In this document: in pieces, positions 52,953 through 64,000 of the stretch
Layout: each line of letters starts with the position of its first letter
Numbering within the stretch: the first letter of the stretch is position 1
Assembly: GCA_963727055.1 (NCBI GenBank)
Contig: CAVSEN010000002.1
Span: forward strand, 992,199 to 1,056,198
Reading direction: 5' to 3'
Length of the DNA stretch: 64,000 nucleotides
From: an uncultured Chloroflexia bacterium
GTDB taxonomy: Bacteria > Chloroflexota > Limnocylindria > Limnocylindrales > CSP1-4
Position numbers and translations under genes: made by a program
Notes under the pieces: generated by a model
What the model was told of the DNA's origin: nothing
Seen by the model: only the letters and a program-made list of their open reading frames with translations
Databases searched by the model: none

Positions 52953-53873
52953 TCATGCCGGCGCACCGATCGCGGCAGCTTCAGAGGTGGCCGGAGCGCC
53001 GGACCGGCGCCGGATCGTGGCGAGCTCGGACCGGATCGCGGCGGCGGGGCCGGACGGCAGCTTGAGCAGGGCGTCGCGCAGGACCCACGCCCGGTAGCCG
53101 TCGTCGGTCGAGGCGGCAAGGGATGCCTCGCGCTGGACGAAGTCGAGCACGGCGTCGGGATCGACGAGGACGAGCGAGCGCAGGGCCCAGGCCAGGGCTT
53201 TCTGGACGTTCGGCTCGGCGTCGCCGATCAGGTCGCCGATCAGCCCGAGTCCGTGGACCGCGACCTGGGGCCGCCGGCCGGCCGCCTTGTCGACGAACGG
53301 CAGCGTGGCGATCGTCGAGCCGACCAGTCGCCGCTCCCATGGCGACGGCGAGAAGATGAGCTGCTCGAGCTCGGCCCAGCGGTACGCCTCGAGGATGATC
53401 CCGCGGCCGTAGGGGTGCGCGAGGGAGTCGACCGTGATCCAGTCCGAGGCCTCGCGGGCCGCCCTCCGCAGGAGCTGCCAGGCCCGTTCCGGGTCGACCG
53501 GCAGGAGCCGGTCGAGGAGCCCGAAGGCGAACCAGCGGGGCTCGAGCTGGGGCTCGGCGAAGAGCCGCTCGGCGAGCTCGAGATAGCCGGCGGGTCGCTC
53601 GCCGCGAGTCGCCGCGCGGAAGCTCCGCTCGACCGCCGCGGACAGCGGCCAGCGGACGCCGTAGATCGGGCCGATGCCCGGCGCGATCCGGCGCGAGCCT
53701 TCGCGGTACTCCTCGTCCGACAGGTCGGCGAAGCCGGCCGCGAGGGCCCGAGTGAAGGCGTCCGGATCGGCGGTCAGCTCCGCGACGTGCGCGCCGAGGC
53801 GTTCGGCCGCCGGCTTGCGGGCCGCGACGAGACTGACGGCGCGAGCCGTGATGTCGGAGGTGGTGGCGGTCAT
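52953..53873 (-). CDS. HEAT-repeat protein, DNA alkylation repair (AlkD-like) family
   Basis: 306 aa, helical repeat character, with W...E.RR...STIA and NVQKALAWALR motifs reminiscent of AlkC/AlkD-type proteins. This assignment is tentative. Confidence 0.5.
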   Translation of the reverse strand: MTATTSDITARAVSLVAARKPAAERLGAHVAELTADPDAFTRALAAGFADLSDEEYREGSRRIAPGIGPIYGVRWPLSAAVERSFRAATRGERPAGYLELAERLFAEPQLEPRWFAFGLLDRLLPVDPERAWQLLRRAAREASDWITVDSLAHPYGRGIILEAYRWAELEQLIFSPSPWERRLVGSTIATLPFVDKAAGRRPQVAVHGLGLIGDLIGDAEPNVQKALAWALRSLVLVDPDAVLDFVQREASLAASTDDGYRAWVLRDALLKLPSGPAAAIRSELATIRRRSGAPATSEAAAIGAPA

Positions 53874-53889
53874 CGGTCGATCACGGGCA

Positions 53890-57269
<3,380 letters not shown>

Positions 57270-57273
<4 letters not shown>

Positions 57274-58154
57274 TGGACACCTGCCGGGGGCGAAACCGCC
57301 GGTGCGGAGGCGTCCGACCGGAGAGCGGGCGCCATCACCGGCACGGCGTCGCGACCTGTGCCAGCGTCGGTCGGGCGAGCCGACGCAGCCGACGCCAGGC
57401 GGGCGCCGAACTCGCGCGAGAACGCGTTGTAGGCACGGGCGCCCTTCGAGTCGGCCTCGTACAGCGCGATCGGAAGGCCATGGCTCGGGGCCTCGGACAG
57501 TCGAACGGATCGCGGGATCAGCGTGTCGTAGACCGCCGGGCCGAGATGACGGCGAACCTCGGCGCGGACCTCAGCCGAGAGATTCGTCCGGGCGTCGAAC
57601 ATCGTGAGAAGCACTCCCTGGATCGTGAGCTTCGGGTTCAGGTGATCGCGCACGAGATGGATCGTTCCGATGAGCTGGCCGATGCCCTCGAGGGCGTAGT
57701 ACTCGCATTGGAGCGGGATCAGGACCGAGTCCGCCGCGGTGAGGGCGTTCACCGTCAGGAGGCCGAGTGACGGAGCGCAGTCGATGAGGATCAGGTCGTA
57801 GTCGTTGGAGATCGGTGCGAGCGCCCTGGCGAGGCGGCGCTCGCGGCTGTTCATCGCGGCCAGCTCGATCTCGGCGCCGGCGAGCGCCGGAGTCGAGGGG
57901 ACGAGTGCGACACCGGTCGACGAGATCGAGACAATCGTGTCGGCGATCGCGGTCCCGTTCACGAGGACTTCGTAGATCGAGGCCTTGATCTTCCGCCGAT
58001 CGACGCCCAGGCCGCTCGTCGCGTTGCCCTGGGGATCCAGATCGACCACGAGAACCCGGTTTCGGGCGAGGGCGAGGTCAGTGGCGAGATTCACCACCGT
58101 CGTCGTCTTTCCGACGCCGCCTTTCTGGTTGGCGCAGGCAATGATCTGGCCCAC
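57270..58154 (-). CDS. parA: chromosome partitioning ATPase ParA/Soj
   Basis: Deviant Walker A NQKGGVGKTTT, plus LILIDCAPSLG. A C-terminal extension of about 40 aa follows. Confidence 0.9.
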
Positions 58155-58363
58155 TCAGTGACCCGGTCCGATGTCATTCACGCTCGATCATTCTACCAAA
58201 ACGGCCCCATTCGAGGTTCCCGAGAGAACGGGTGGTCGAATCGCGGTGCCCCGCCGACGCGACCGGGCCGATCAGCCTGCGGCAAGCAGCCTCGCCGAGG
58301 CGATCAGTGGACCCGATCTTGCACAGCTGCCCTCATCGGGCGATTACCCGGCGGTTCACGCGA

Positions 58364-58379
58364 TGTTTCACGTGAAACA
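58364..58379. promoter_or_regulatory. parS centromere site
   Basis: TGTTTCACGTGAAACA is a perfect 16-bp palindrome matching the ParB-binding consensus. It lies 210 nt upstream of parA. Confidence 0.85.
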
Positions 58380-58440
58380 CCCACGGACCGAGCGGAGCTC
58401 CATGCGGCAGTTGGCGCGCCCGTGATACGCACGGTCACGT

Positions 58441-58490
58441 GGCTCCATTGGGCCCCATTGGCTCCGCTGGCCTTATGGGCTCCAAGGCCA
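58441..58490. repeat. five phased repeats of about 10 nt
   Basis: ggctccattg ggccccattg gctccgctgg ccttatgggc tccaaggcca. The period is about one helical turn, and the array starts 62 nt from parS. Confidence 0.5.
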
Positions 58491-58494
58491 CGAG

Positions 58495-59055
58495 TCACCG
58501 GACCCCGACGTCGATCGAGCAGGTAGCTTGGAAGCTTGCCGGGTCCGGGCTGGTCGTGACGCGGACGACGACCGGCCCAGACCCGAGCGGGGCGTCGAGG
58601 TCAGTCCAGCAGCGGCCGAGCAGATCGTAGGCGTGGCTTCCGTCGGGATTGAAGGACGGCGTGTCGTACCCACCGAGGATCGAGATGACAATTCGATGGG
58701 GTCCAGGCGCGAGGCTGGGAACGCCGTTTGCCGGACTCGGATCGAACCGTGCGGCCTGCCCTTGGCCGTCCCAGTCCGGGGCCCACCACGGATCGGACGG
58801 CCCAGGCCGCCAAATCGTGGCCACCGCGGTGCCTGGAGCAAGCACGCTCAGCGTCGCGATGCAGCCGTAGGGAAACGACGCGCAGCCGATGCGGCCCGCG
58901 AAGCGCACATCGAGGCGAACCGCCGTGGTTGAGTCGCCCGTGCTCGCCGGCGCATCCCGCGCGACCGGAGCAGAGCTTGCCGGAACCTTGGTGCTGAGCG
59001 GGGAGGAGCAGCCGGTCAGAACGAGGCAGATCAGCCCGAGGGCAAGGAACCTCAC
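58495..59055 (-). CDS. lipoprotein of unknown function
   Basis: Lipobox LVLTGC after MRFLALGLIC. It encodes 186 aa. Third-position GC is lower than in the surrounding genes. Confidence 0.6.
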   Translation of the reverse strand: MRFLALGLICLVLTGCSSPLSTKVPASSAPVARDAPASTGDSTTAVRLDVRFAGRIGCASFPYGCIATLSVLAPGTAVATIWRPGPSDPWWAPDWDGQGQAARFDPSPANGVPSLAPGPHRIVISILGGYDTPSFNPDGSHAYDLLGRCWTDLDAPLGSGPVVVRVTTSPDPASFQATCSIDVGVR

Positions 59056-59175
59056 ATCACCGAGACGGTGATGGTTGCTCCCTGGTTGCCCAACCTGCGC
59101 GGGACCATGCGGTCGATCGGGCTGACCCAGAGGTTCGCTGGTTCGCGTGGCCAGCCACCGGATGGCCCGTGGTCA

Positions 59176-59197
59176 ATGGTTCGCACAGAACGACAAA
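59176..59197 (+). repeat. 22-nt motif ATGGTTCGCACAGAACGACAAA, solo copy
   Basis: The same 22-mer, with at most 1 mismatch, forms the two arms at 59850 and 60036. About 90 nt downstream of it is also homologous to 59872-59940. Confidence 0.8.
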
Positions 59198-59362
59198 CGT
59201 CGGGTTCCCGGGCCTCAGGCGCCTCAGGGTAGGGTCAACAAGGCTCGTCGTTAGGCTCTCGCGGGTAGTGTCTCCGTTTGGCCGACAATCGTCCGTTCGG
59301 CCCTTGCCGATATTGGCCGGCTCGGCAGATGATCCAGACCACCGCTCACAGGAGGCGTAGCA

Positions 59363-59536
59363 GTGACCCGCATCCGCCGAATGGGGATCGCCCTGGGCTC
59401 GCTCGTCGCGGCGTGGCTCGTGATTTGGATCGTCGGGGGACAAACGCTCGGCACCCTCGCGGGCGTTCTCGTGATCGTGCTCGGCGCCCTGATCTATCTC
59501 GACATCATCCGCCGGGATCAGCGGCCGAGTCCCTAG
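59363..59536 (+). CDS. possible 57-aa two-TM membrane peptide
   Basis: AGGAGG lies 7 nt upstream of the GTG. Sequence VTRIRRMGIALGSLVAAWLVIWIVGGQTLGTLAGVLVIVLGALIYLDIIRRDQRPSP. It is below the track cutoff. Confidence 0.35.
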   Translation: MTRIRRMGIALGSLVAAWLVIWIVGGQTLGTLAGVLVIVLGALIYLDIIRRDQRPSP

Positions 59537-59849
59537 TCCAGGAGCGCCGCGATCTGGGTCATAGCTTCATCTGGGTCGCGATCCCTGAGCTCGACGGCGC
59601 GCCCCCACTGCAGATTCGCCGCAGCGGCTCCCTCAAGAAGCTCGCCGATGACCAATCGGACGAATGCGTCCTTTCGGCCCAAGACGTCGGGTGCCTCGGG
59701 CGGCTCCGGCTGGGCCGGTTCGCCCGATCCCGGCTGGGCCGGTTCGCCGGCTTGGTCTGGCCGGTACTCCATTGGATCCCTCGATATGAATGGCAGGATC
59801 GAGCGTGGCGCACCCCAGAAGGGCACATCCGCGAGCCAATCCCAGTGCA

Positions 59850-60036
59850 ATGGTGCGCACAGAACGACAAACTCCGGTTCCCAGGTTCCAAATGGACCTC
59901 ACGGGGGTCGAGGAGGCGCGGCGTTAGCCTCTGACGGCTAACTCATGGTGCTCCTGGCTCCGGCGCCCCGGTTCGCAGCCAGATAGGGGCCAATTCGAGG
60001 GCCAAAACGCCACATTTGTCGTTCTGTGCGAACCAT
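59850..60036. repeat. 187-nt unit bounded by 22-bp terminal inverted repeats (MITE-like)
   Basis: atggtgcgcacagaacgacaaa (59850-59871) pairs with tttgtcgttctgtgcgaaccat (60015-60036), with 1 mismatch. A central hairpin gttagcc tctgac ggctaac is present. Confidence 0.8.
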
Positions 60037-60057
60037 CTTGTCGAGAGGCCCCCGGCC

Positions 60058-60140
60058 GAGGCCCCGAACCGAGGCCCCGACCGAGGCCCCGAACCGAGGC
60101 CCCGACCGAGGGCCACAGAACCGAGGCCCCGAACCGAGGC
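60058..60140. repeat. 12-13-nt tandem repeat, about 7 units
   Basis: gaggccccgaacc and gaggccccgacc alternate. The array ends about 55 nt upstream of the -35 at 60196. Confidence 0.8.
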
Positions 60141-60195
60141 GGCCACGACCTCCGGCCACTGCCCCAGGCCGGCACGGGATTGGGATCGAGCACGA

Positions 60196-60225
60196 TTGCC
60201 TCGATTTGGAGTCGATCGGTATACT
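60196..60225 (+). promoter_or_regulatory. putative promoter of mreD-mrdA-rodA
   Basis: TTGCCT (60196-60201), an 18-nt spacer, then TATACT (60220-60225). Confidence 0.4.
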
Positions 60226-60309
60226 GACCCGGCCGGAGCCGCCACCTCGGTCGTCGCCTCGTCCGATCAACCGGCAAGTGGCAAGGCATCTCGCCGAGGA
60301 TCGCGCCAG

Positions 60310-60810
60310 ATGAGTCTGACACTCGCCGCGGTGGGCGCCGTGGTGGCTGCGGTCCTGCAGCTGACCATCGTCCCGTACCTCGGCATCGCCGGGGCCTATC
60401 CCGATCTTCTCCTCGTCGTCGCCGTGATCGCCACCTTCGCGTGGAGCATCGAAGCGGGGATGACGCTCGCATTCGTCGGCGGTCTGATGATCGATCTCCT
60501 GGCTCCTCGACCAGTCGGCCTGACGGCCTTTACCCTGCTCGTCTCGACGGGCATCGCGGCCGCCATCGGCCGGGTCATCCAGCGCGGCCGGGTGATCACC
60601 CCGATCGTGCTCGTCTTCGGCCTGTCATTCGTGACCGACCTCCTGTTCCTGGCCATGTTCAGCGCCCTGCGCGGACGGCTCGCGGCGGACGATCCCGTCC
60701 AGCTGATCCTGCCCGGGGCGATCTACTCGGCCGCGATCGCGGTCGTCCTGTCGCCGGCGGCCATGGCGATCCGGAAGCGGTTCGCCGATCGTGAGCGGGT
60801 CGCGTGGTAG
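60310..60810 (+). CDS. mreD: rod shape-determining protein MreD
   Basis: 166 aa, starting at MSLTLAAVGAVVAAVLQLTIVPYL with GAGGA upstream. It has 5 hydrophobic segments and lies directly upstream of mrdA. The track ORF 60016.. runs on upstream. Confidence 0.75.
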   Translation: MSLTLAAVGAVVAAVLQLTIVPYLGIAGAYPDLLLVVAVIATFAWSIEAGMTLAFVGGLMIDLLAPRPVGLTAFTLLVSTGIAAAIGRVIQRGRVITPIVLVFGLSFVTDLLFLAMFSALRGRLAADDPVQLILPGAIYSAAIAVVLSPAAMAIRKRFADRERVAW

Positions 60811-62699
60811 CCCCCGGGATGGTCGACGAGCGACCCGGTCGCGAGCGCCAGCTCGTCCGGTTCATCACGTTCGGGATCGCCGCCCTGATCGCCATCAGCC
60901 TGCTGATCGCCCGGATGGTCTACCTCCAGCTGGTCAACGGCCAGACGTACCAGCAGCAGGCGGTCAGCAACAGCACGATCCAGCAGGCGATCCCCTCGAC
61001 CCGGGGCCTGATCTACGACCGCAACGGCCTGCCCCTGGTCGAGAACCTGCCCAGCTACACGGTTGAGATCCGGCCGTCGGACCTGCCCTTCACCCAGCGC
61101 GCCACGGTCGTGGCCCAGCTTGCCTCGCTCCTGAAGATGGACCCGGCCGACATCAACTCGGAGATCGACGGCAACCCCGGCTCGAACTTCGACCTGGTCC
61201 GGATCGCGGGCGGCGTGCCCGTCGCCACCGCCAACCTGATCGCCGAGGAGCACCTCAGCCTGCCCGGTGTCGAGGTCACGGTTGCCGCCCTGCGCGACTA
61301 CACCCAGGGCCCGCTCCTGAGCGAGGTCCTGGGCTACACCGGCCCGATCGACGCGGCCACCCTCAAGCAGCTCAAGTCGGTCGGCTACCTGCCCGACGAC
61401 CTGATCGGCCGGGCCGGGGTCGAGGCGGAGTACGAGACGCAGCTGCGCGGGACGTATGGCATGGAGACGATCCAGCGCGACGCCACCGGCCGCCAGATCC
61501 AGGTCCTGTCGACCGACAGCCAGCCCGTCGCCGGCGACTCGCTGACGCTCACGATCGACACGAAGATGCAGCAGCAGGCCCAGCAGGCCGTCGACTGGGC
61601 GATGCGTGCCTCGCACCTCAAGTCGGCCGTCCTGATCGCGATGAACCCCCAGACCGGCGAGATCCTGGCGATGGTCAGCATGCCGACCTACGACGACAAC
61701 CAGTTCGCCGGGGGGATCAGCACGGCCCAGTTCCAGGCGCTCCTCAAGAACCCCGACAAGCCACTCCTGAACCACGCGATCAGCCTCCAGTTCCCGGAAG
61801 GCTCGACCTACAAGCTGGTGACGGGCGCGGGCGCGCTGGCCGACAAGAAGCTCACCCCAACGACCCTCGTCCAGACCCACCCCTACATCCAGATCGGGGC
61901 CGACAAGTTCTGGGACTGGAACCACGCGGGCTTCGGCGCGATCAACATCGTGACCGGCTTCGCCCATTCGAGCGACACGTTCTTCTACCAGGTCGCCCAG
62001 ATGCTCGGCATCCAGCGCCTGGCCTATTGGGGCCGCCAGTTCGGGTTCGGGGCGCCGACCGGGATCGACCTGCCCGGCGAGGTCGCCGGGATCGTCCCCG
62101 ACAACCAGTGGAAGCAGGACACCTTCGGCCAGCCGATGCTGCCTGGCGAGGTCGTCCAGTCGGGCATCGGCCAGGGCTTCGACACCTCGACGCCGCTCCA
62201 GCTCCTGAACGCCTACGCCGCGCTGGCCAACGGCGGCACGCTCTACCAGCCCCAGGTCGTCCGCCAGATCACCGGCCCGGACGGCAGCATCGTCCGGCCG
62301 TTCCACCCGATCGTCCTGCACAAGATCGCCATCCCGGCGAGCGTCCTGACCACGATGCGGCAAGCCGCCCGGCGGGTGGTCACGATCCGCCACACGTACA
62401 ACCTGGTCAACGAGCCGTTCGTTGTCGCCGGCAAGACCGGCACGGCCGAGTTCGGAGTGAAGGACTCCAAGGGCCGCCTGCCCTACCACAACTGGTTCGT
62501 CTGCTTCGTCCCGCTCCACGGCGACGTCAGCAAGCCTGACTCGCAACTGGCGATCGTGGGCTTCAACGAGGACGCCAACACGGTCGGCAACTCGGCCACC
62601 GAGATGGTCAAGTACTTCCTCCAGATGCACTTCAACGCGAAGAAGGACCTTCGCCTCTTCCCGCTGATGAAGATCGGCGACTTCTATGCGGGGAACTGA
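60804..62699 (+). CDS. mrdA: penicillin-binding protein 2 (elongasome transpeptidase)
   Basis: Intact 631 aa with a TM anchor, a dimerisation domain, S-x-x-K (GSTYK), HSSD and KTGTA. Confidence 0.9.
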   Translation: MVAPGMVDERPGRERQLVRFITFGIAALIAISLLIARMVYLQLVNGQTYQQQAVSNSTIQQAIPSTRGLIYDRNGLPLVENLPSYTVEIRPSDLPFTQRATVVAQLASLLKMDPADINSEIDGNPGSNFDLVRIAGGVPVATANLIAEEHLSLPGVEVTVAALRDYTQGPLLSEVLGYTGPIDAATLKQLKSVGYLPDDLIGRAGVEAEYETQLRGTYGMETIQRDATGRQIQVLSTDSQPVAGDSLTLTIDTKMQQQAQQAVDWAMRASHLKSAVLIAMNPQTGEILAMVSMPTYDDNQFAGGISTAQFQALLKNPDKPLLNHAISLQFPEGSTYKLVTGAGALADKKLTPTTLVQTHPYIQIGADKFWDWNHAGFGAINIVTGFAHSSDTFFYQVAQMLGIQRLAYWGRQFGFGAPTGIDLPGEVAGIVPDNQWKQDTFGQPMLPGEVVQSGIGQGFDTSTPLQLLNAYAALANGGTLYQPQVVRQITGPDGSIVRPFHPIVLHKIAIPASVLTTMRQAARRVVTIRHTYNLVNEPFVVAGKTGTAEFGVKDSKGRLPYHNWFVCFVPLHGDVSKPDSQLAIVGFNEDANTVGNSATEMVKYFLQMHFNAKKDLRLFPLMKIGDFYAGN

Positions 62700-63859
62700 T
62701 GGGCGTCCTTAAGGCCGAGCCGGCCAAGGTCCAGGACTGGGCGACCCGTTCGGTCGGCGCCTACTGGCGCGCCTACGACATCCAGCTGGCGATCTACGCC
62801 CTGCTCCTGGCCGGGCTGGGCCTGGCGATGTCCTACAGCAGCACCGTGGTGACCGGCGTCAATCCGCTCGACCCGAGCTCGAACTTCCTGCGCGGCCTGA
62901 TGTGGTCGGGAATCGCGATCGTCGTGTTCTTCGCGGCCACGCTGTTCGACTACAAGTGGCTCAAGACGTTCGTCTGGCCGATCTACTTCGTGAACCTCGG
63001 CCTGCTCGCCCTCAGCCTGGTCATCGGCACCGGCGTCGGCGGAGCGGCGCGCTGGATCGCCTTCGGGCCGCTCCAGTTCCAGTTCAGCGAGCTGGCCAAG
63101 ATCCTGATGATCATCGTCCTGGCCAACTACCTGGCCGCCCGCCACGACCGGCTCGGCTCGCTCCGGGTGATCCTCGGCGCCTGCGTCCTGATGGTCCCGA
63201 CCTGGGTCCTGGTCATGCTCCAGCCGGACCTCGGGACGTCGCTCGTCCTGGCCGGGATCCTGGCCGGGATGCTCTTCCTGTCGGGCGCCAGCATGAAGTG
63301 GCTGGGGGTCCTGGCCGGGCTGGTGGTCGCGATGGTCCCGATCGCCTGGACGTACATCCTGCGCGACTACCAGAAGCAGCGCCTGATCGGCTTCCTCAAT
63401 CCGGCGAGCGACCCGCAGGGCTCGGGCTACCAGCTGATCCAGTCCCAGATCGCGGTCGGCTCGGGCGGGGTGTTCGGCAAGGGCCTGACCAACGGCACCC
63501 AGGACGCACTCGCGTTCCTGCCCGTCGGCGACACCGACTTTGCCTTCGCCCGGCTGGCCGAGGAGCTCGGGTTCATCGGCGCGGTCCTCGTCTTCGTCCT
63601 GTTCGTCGTCCTGATCTGGCGGGTGCTGATGTCCGGTTACCGCTCGGAAGACCGCTTCGGGACGATCTTCGCCGGCGGGATCGCCTCGCTCCTCCTGTTC
63701 CAGCTCGTGGTCAACGTCGGGATGGTCATCGGGCTGATGCCGGTCACCGGGATCCCGCTGCCGTTCATTACCCGGGGCGGCGCGTCGCTGATCAGCCTGG
63801 CGATCGGCCTGGGCATCCTCCAGAGCATCAACATCCGCCAGTCACGGGCGGAGTGGTGA
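62699..63859 (+). CDS. rodA: SEDS peptidoglycan glycosyltransferase RodA
   Basis: Intact 386 aa of the FtsW/RodA/SpoVE family (PVGDTDFAFARLAEELGFIG, PVTGIPLPFITRGG). A TGATG overlap links it to mrdA. Confidence 0.9.
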   Translation: MGVLKAEPAKVQDWATRSVGAYWRAYDIQLAIYALLLAGLGLAMSYSSTVVTGVNPLDPSSNFLRGLMWSGIAIVVFFAATLFDYKWLKTFVWPIYFVNLGLLALSLVIGTGVGGAARWIAFGPLQFQFSELAKILMIIVLANYLAARHDRLGSLRVILGACVLMVPTWVLVMLQPDLGTSLVLAGILAGMLFLSGASMKWLGVLAGLVVAMVPIAWTYILRDYQKQRLIGFLNPASDPQGSGYQLIQSQIAVGSGGVFGKGLTNGTQDALAFLPVGDTDFAFARLAEELGFIGAVLVFVLFVVLIWRVLMSGYRSEDRFGTIFAGGIASLLLFQLVVNVGMVIGLMPVTGIPLPFITRGGASLISLAIGLGILQSINIRQSRAEW

Positions 63860-63906
63860 TTCGGCGCCCGGCTCCGGGCTGATCCGGCCCGTTCATACTC
63901 TTGGCC

Positions 63907-64000
63907 ATGAGTGACGACGTGGCCCTGACCGGGATTCGGGTGTTCGTTGCCCTGCTCGCGGCCGCGGTCGTGGTCGCCCTGGTCACCCGCCGGATCCGCG
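63907..64000 (+). CDS. 5' end of a membrane protein gene (truncated by the window edge)
   Basis: MSDDVALTGIRVFVALLAAAVVVALVTRRIR looks like the first TM of a transporter. Confidence 0.3.
   Translation, partial: MSDDVALTGIRVFVALLAAAVVVALVTRRIR

Noticed and set aside
59176-60036. Three mini-ORFs beginning MVRTERQ as a conserved leader-peptide family.
   Set aside because: There is no Shine-Dalgarno sequence. The codons are rare for this genome. Conservation stops at the nucleotide motif, and the downstream peptides are unrelated. It is reported as a DNA/RNA motif instead.

Overview
This is a very GC-rich (about 70% by eye, not computed) bacterial chromosome segment around the replication origin of a monoderm-type organism (Actinomycetota- or Chloroflexota-like). 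I computed and searched nothing, and the positions of frame disruptions are approximate.

Gene content, in order:
- otsB, an MFS pump and an ECF sigma/anti-sigma pair.
- An ArsR-led phosphatidylinositol/PIM lipid operon: CDP-alcohol phosphatidyltransferase, ino1, two HtrB-type acyltransferases, a PHP phosphoesterase and pimA.
- A glycosylation island with four GT-C membrane glycosyltransferase modules (two of them fused in one reading frame of about 1780 aa) plus a Dpm1-like GT2.
- The origin core recF-dnaN-oriC-dnaA, divergent from rpmH-rnpA-yidD-yidC-jag.
- A VanW-like protein, ssrA (tmRNA) and smpB, ctpA, ftsEX, a GNAT, and prfB with its programmed +1 frameshift site.
- secA, prs, gyrA, gyrB, parAB with a perfect parS, and mreD-mrdA-rodA.

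Two blocks (about 7.5-14.2 kb and 25.3-34.9 kb) are full of frame disruptions, including in dnaA, dnaN and recF. Neighbouring multi-kb genes are intact, so I read this as uneven assembly or polishing quality rather than biology.

The long intergenic regions at 5.7-6.8, 30.0-31.1, 37.3-37.8, 44.05-45.3 and 59.06-60.3 kb are the most unusual part:
- They carry duplicated cores of about 75-190 nt.
- Three units of about 190 nt are each bounded by 22-35 bp inverted repeats.
- C-tract-rich short tandem-repeat arrays sit just upstream of near-consensus promoters in three cases.

I saw no rRNA, tRNA, CRISPR array, transposase or recognisable defence system.
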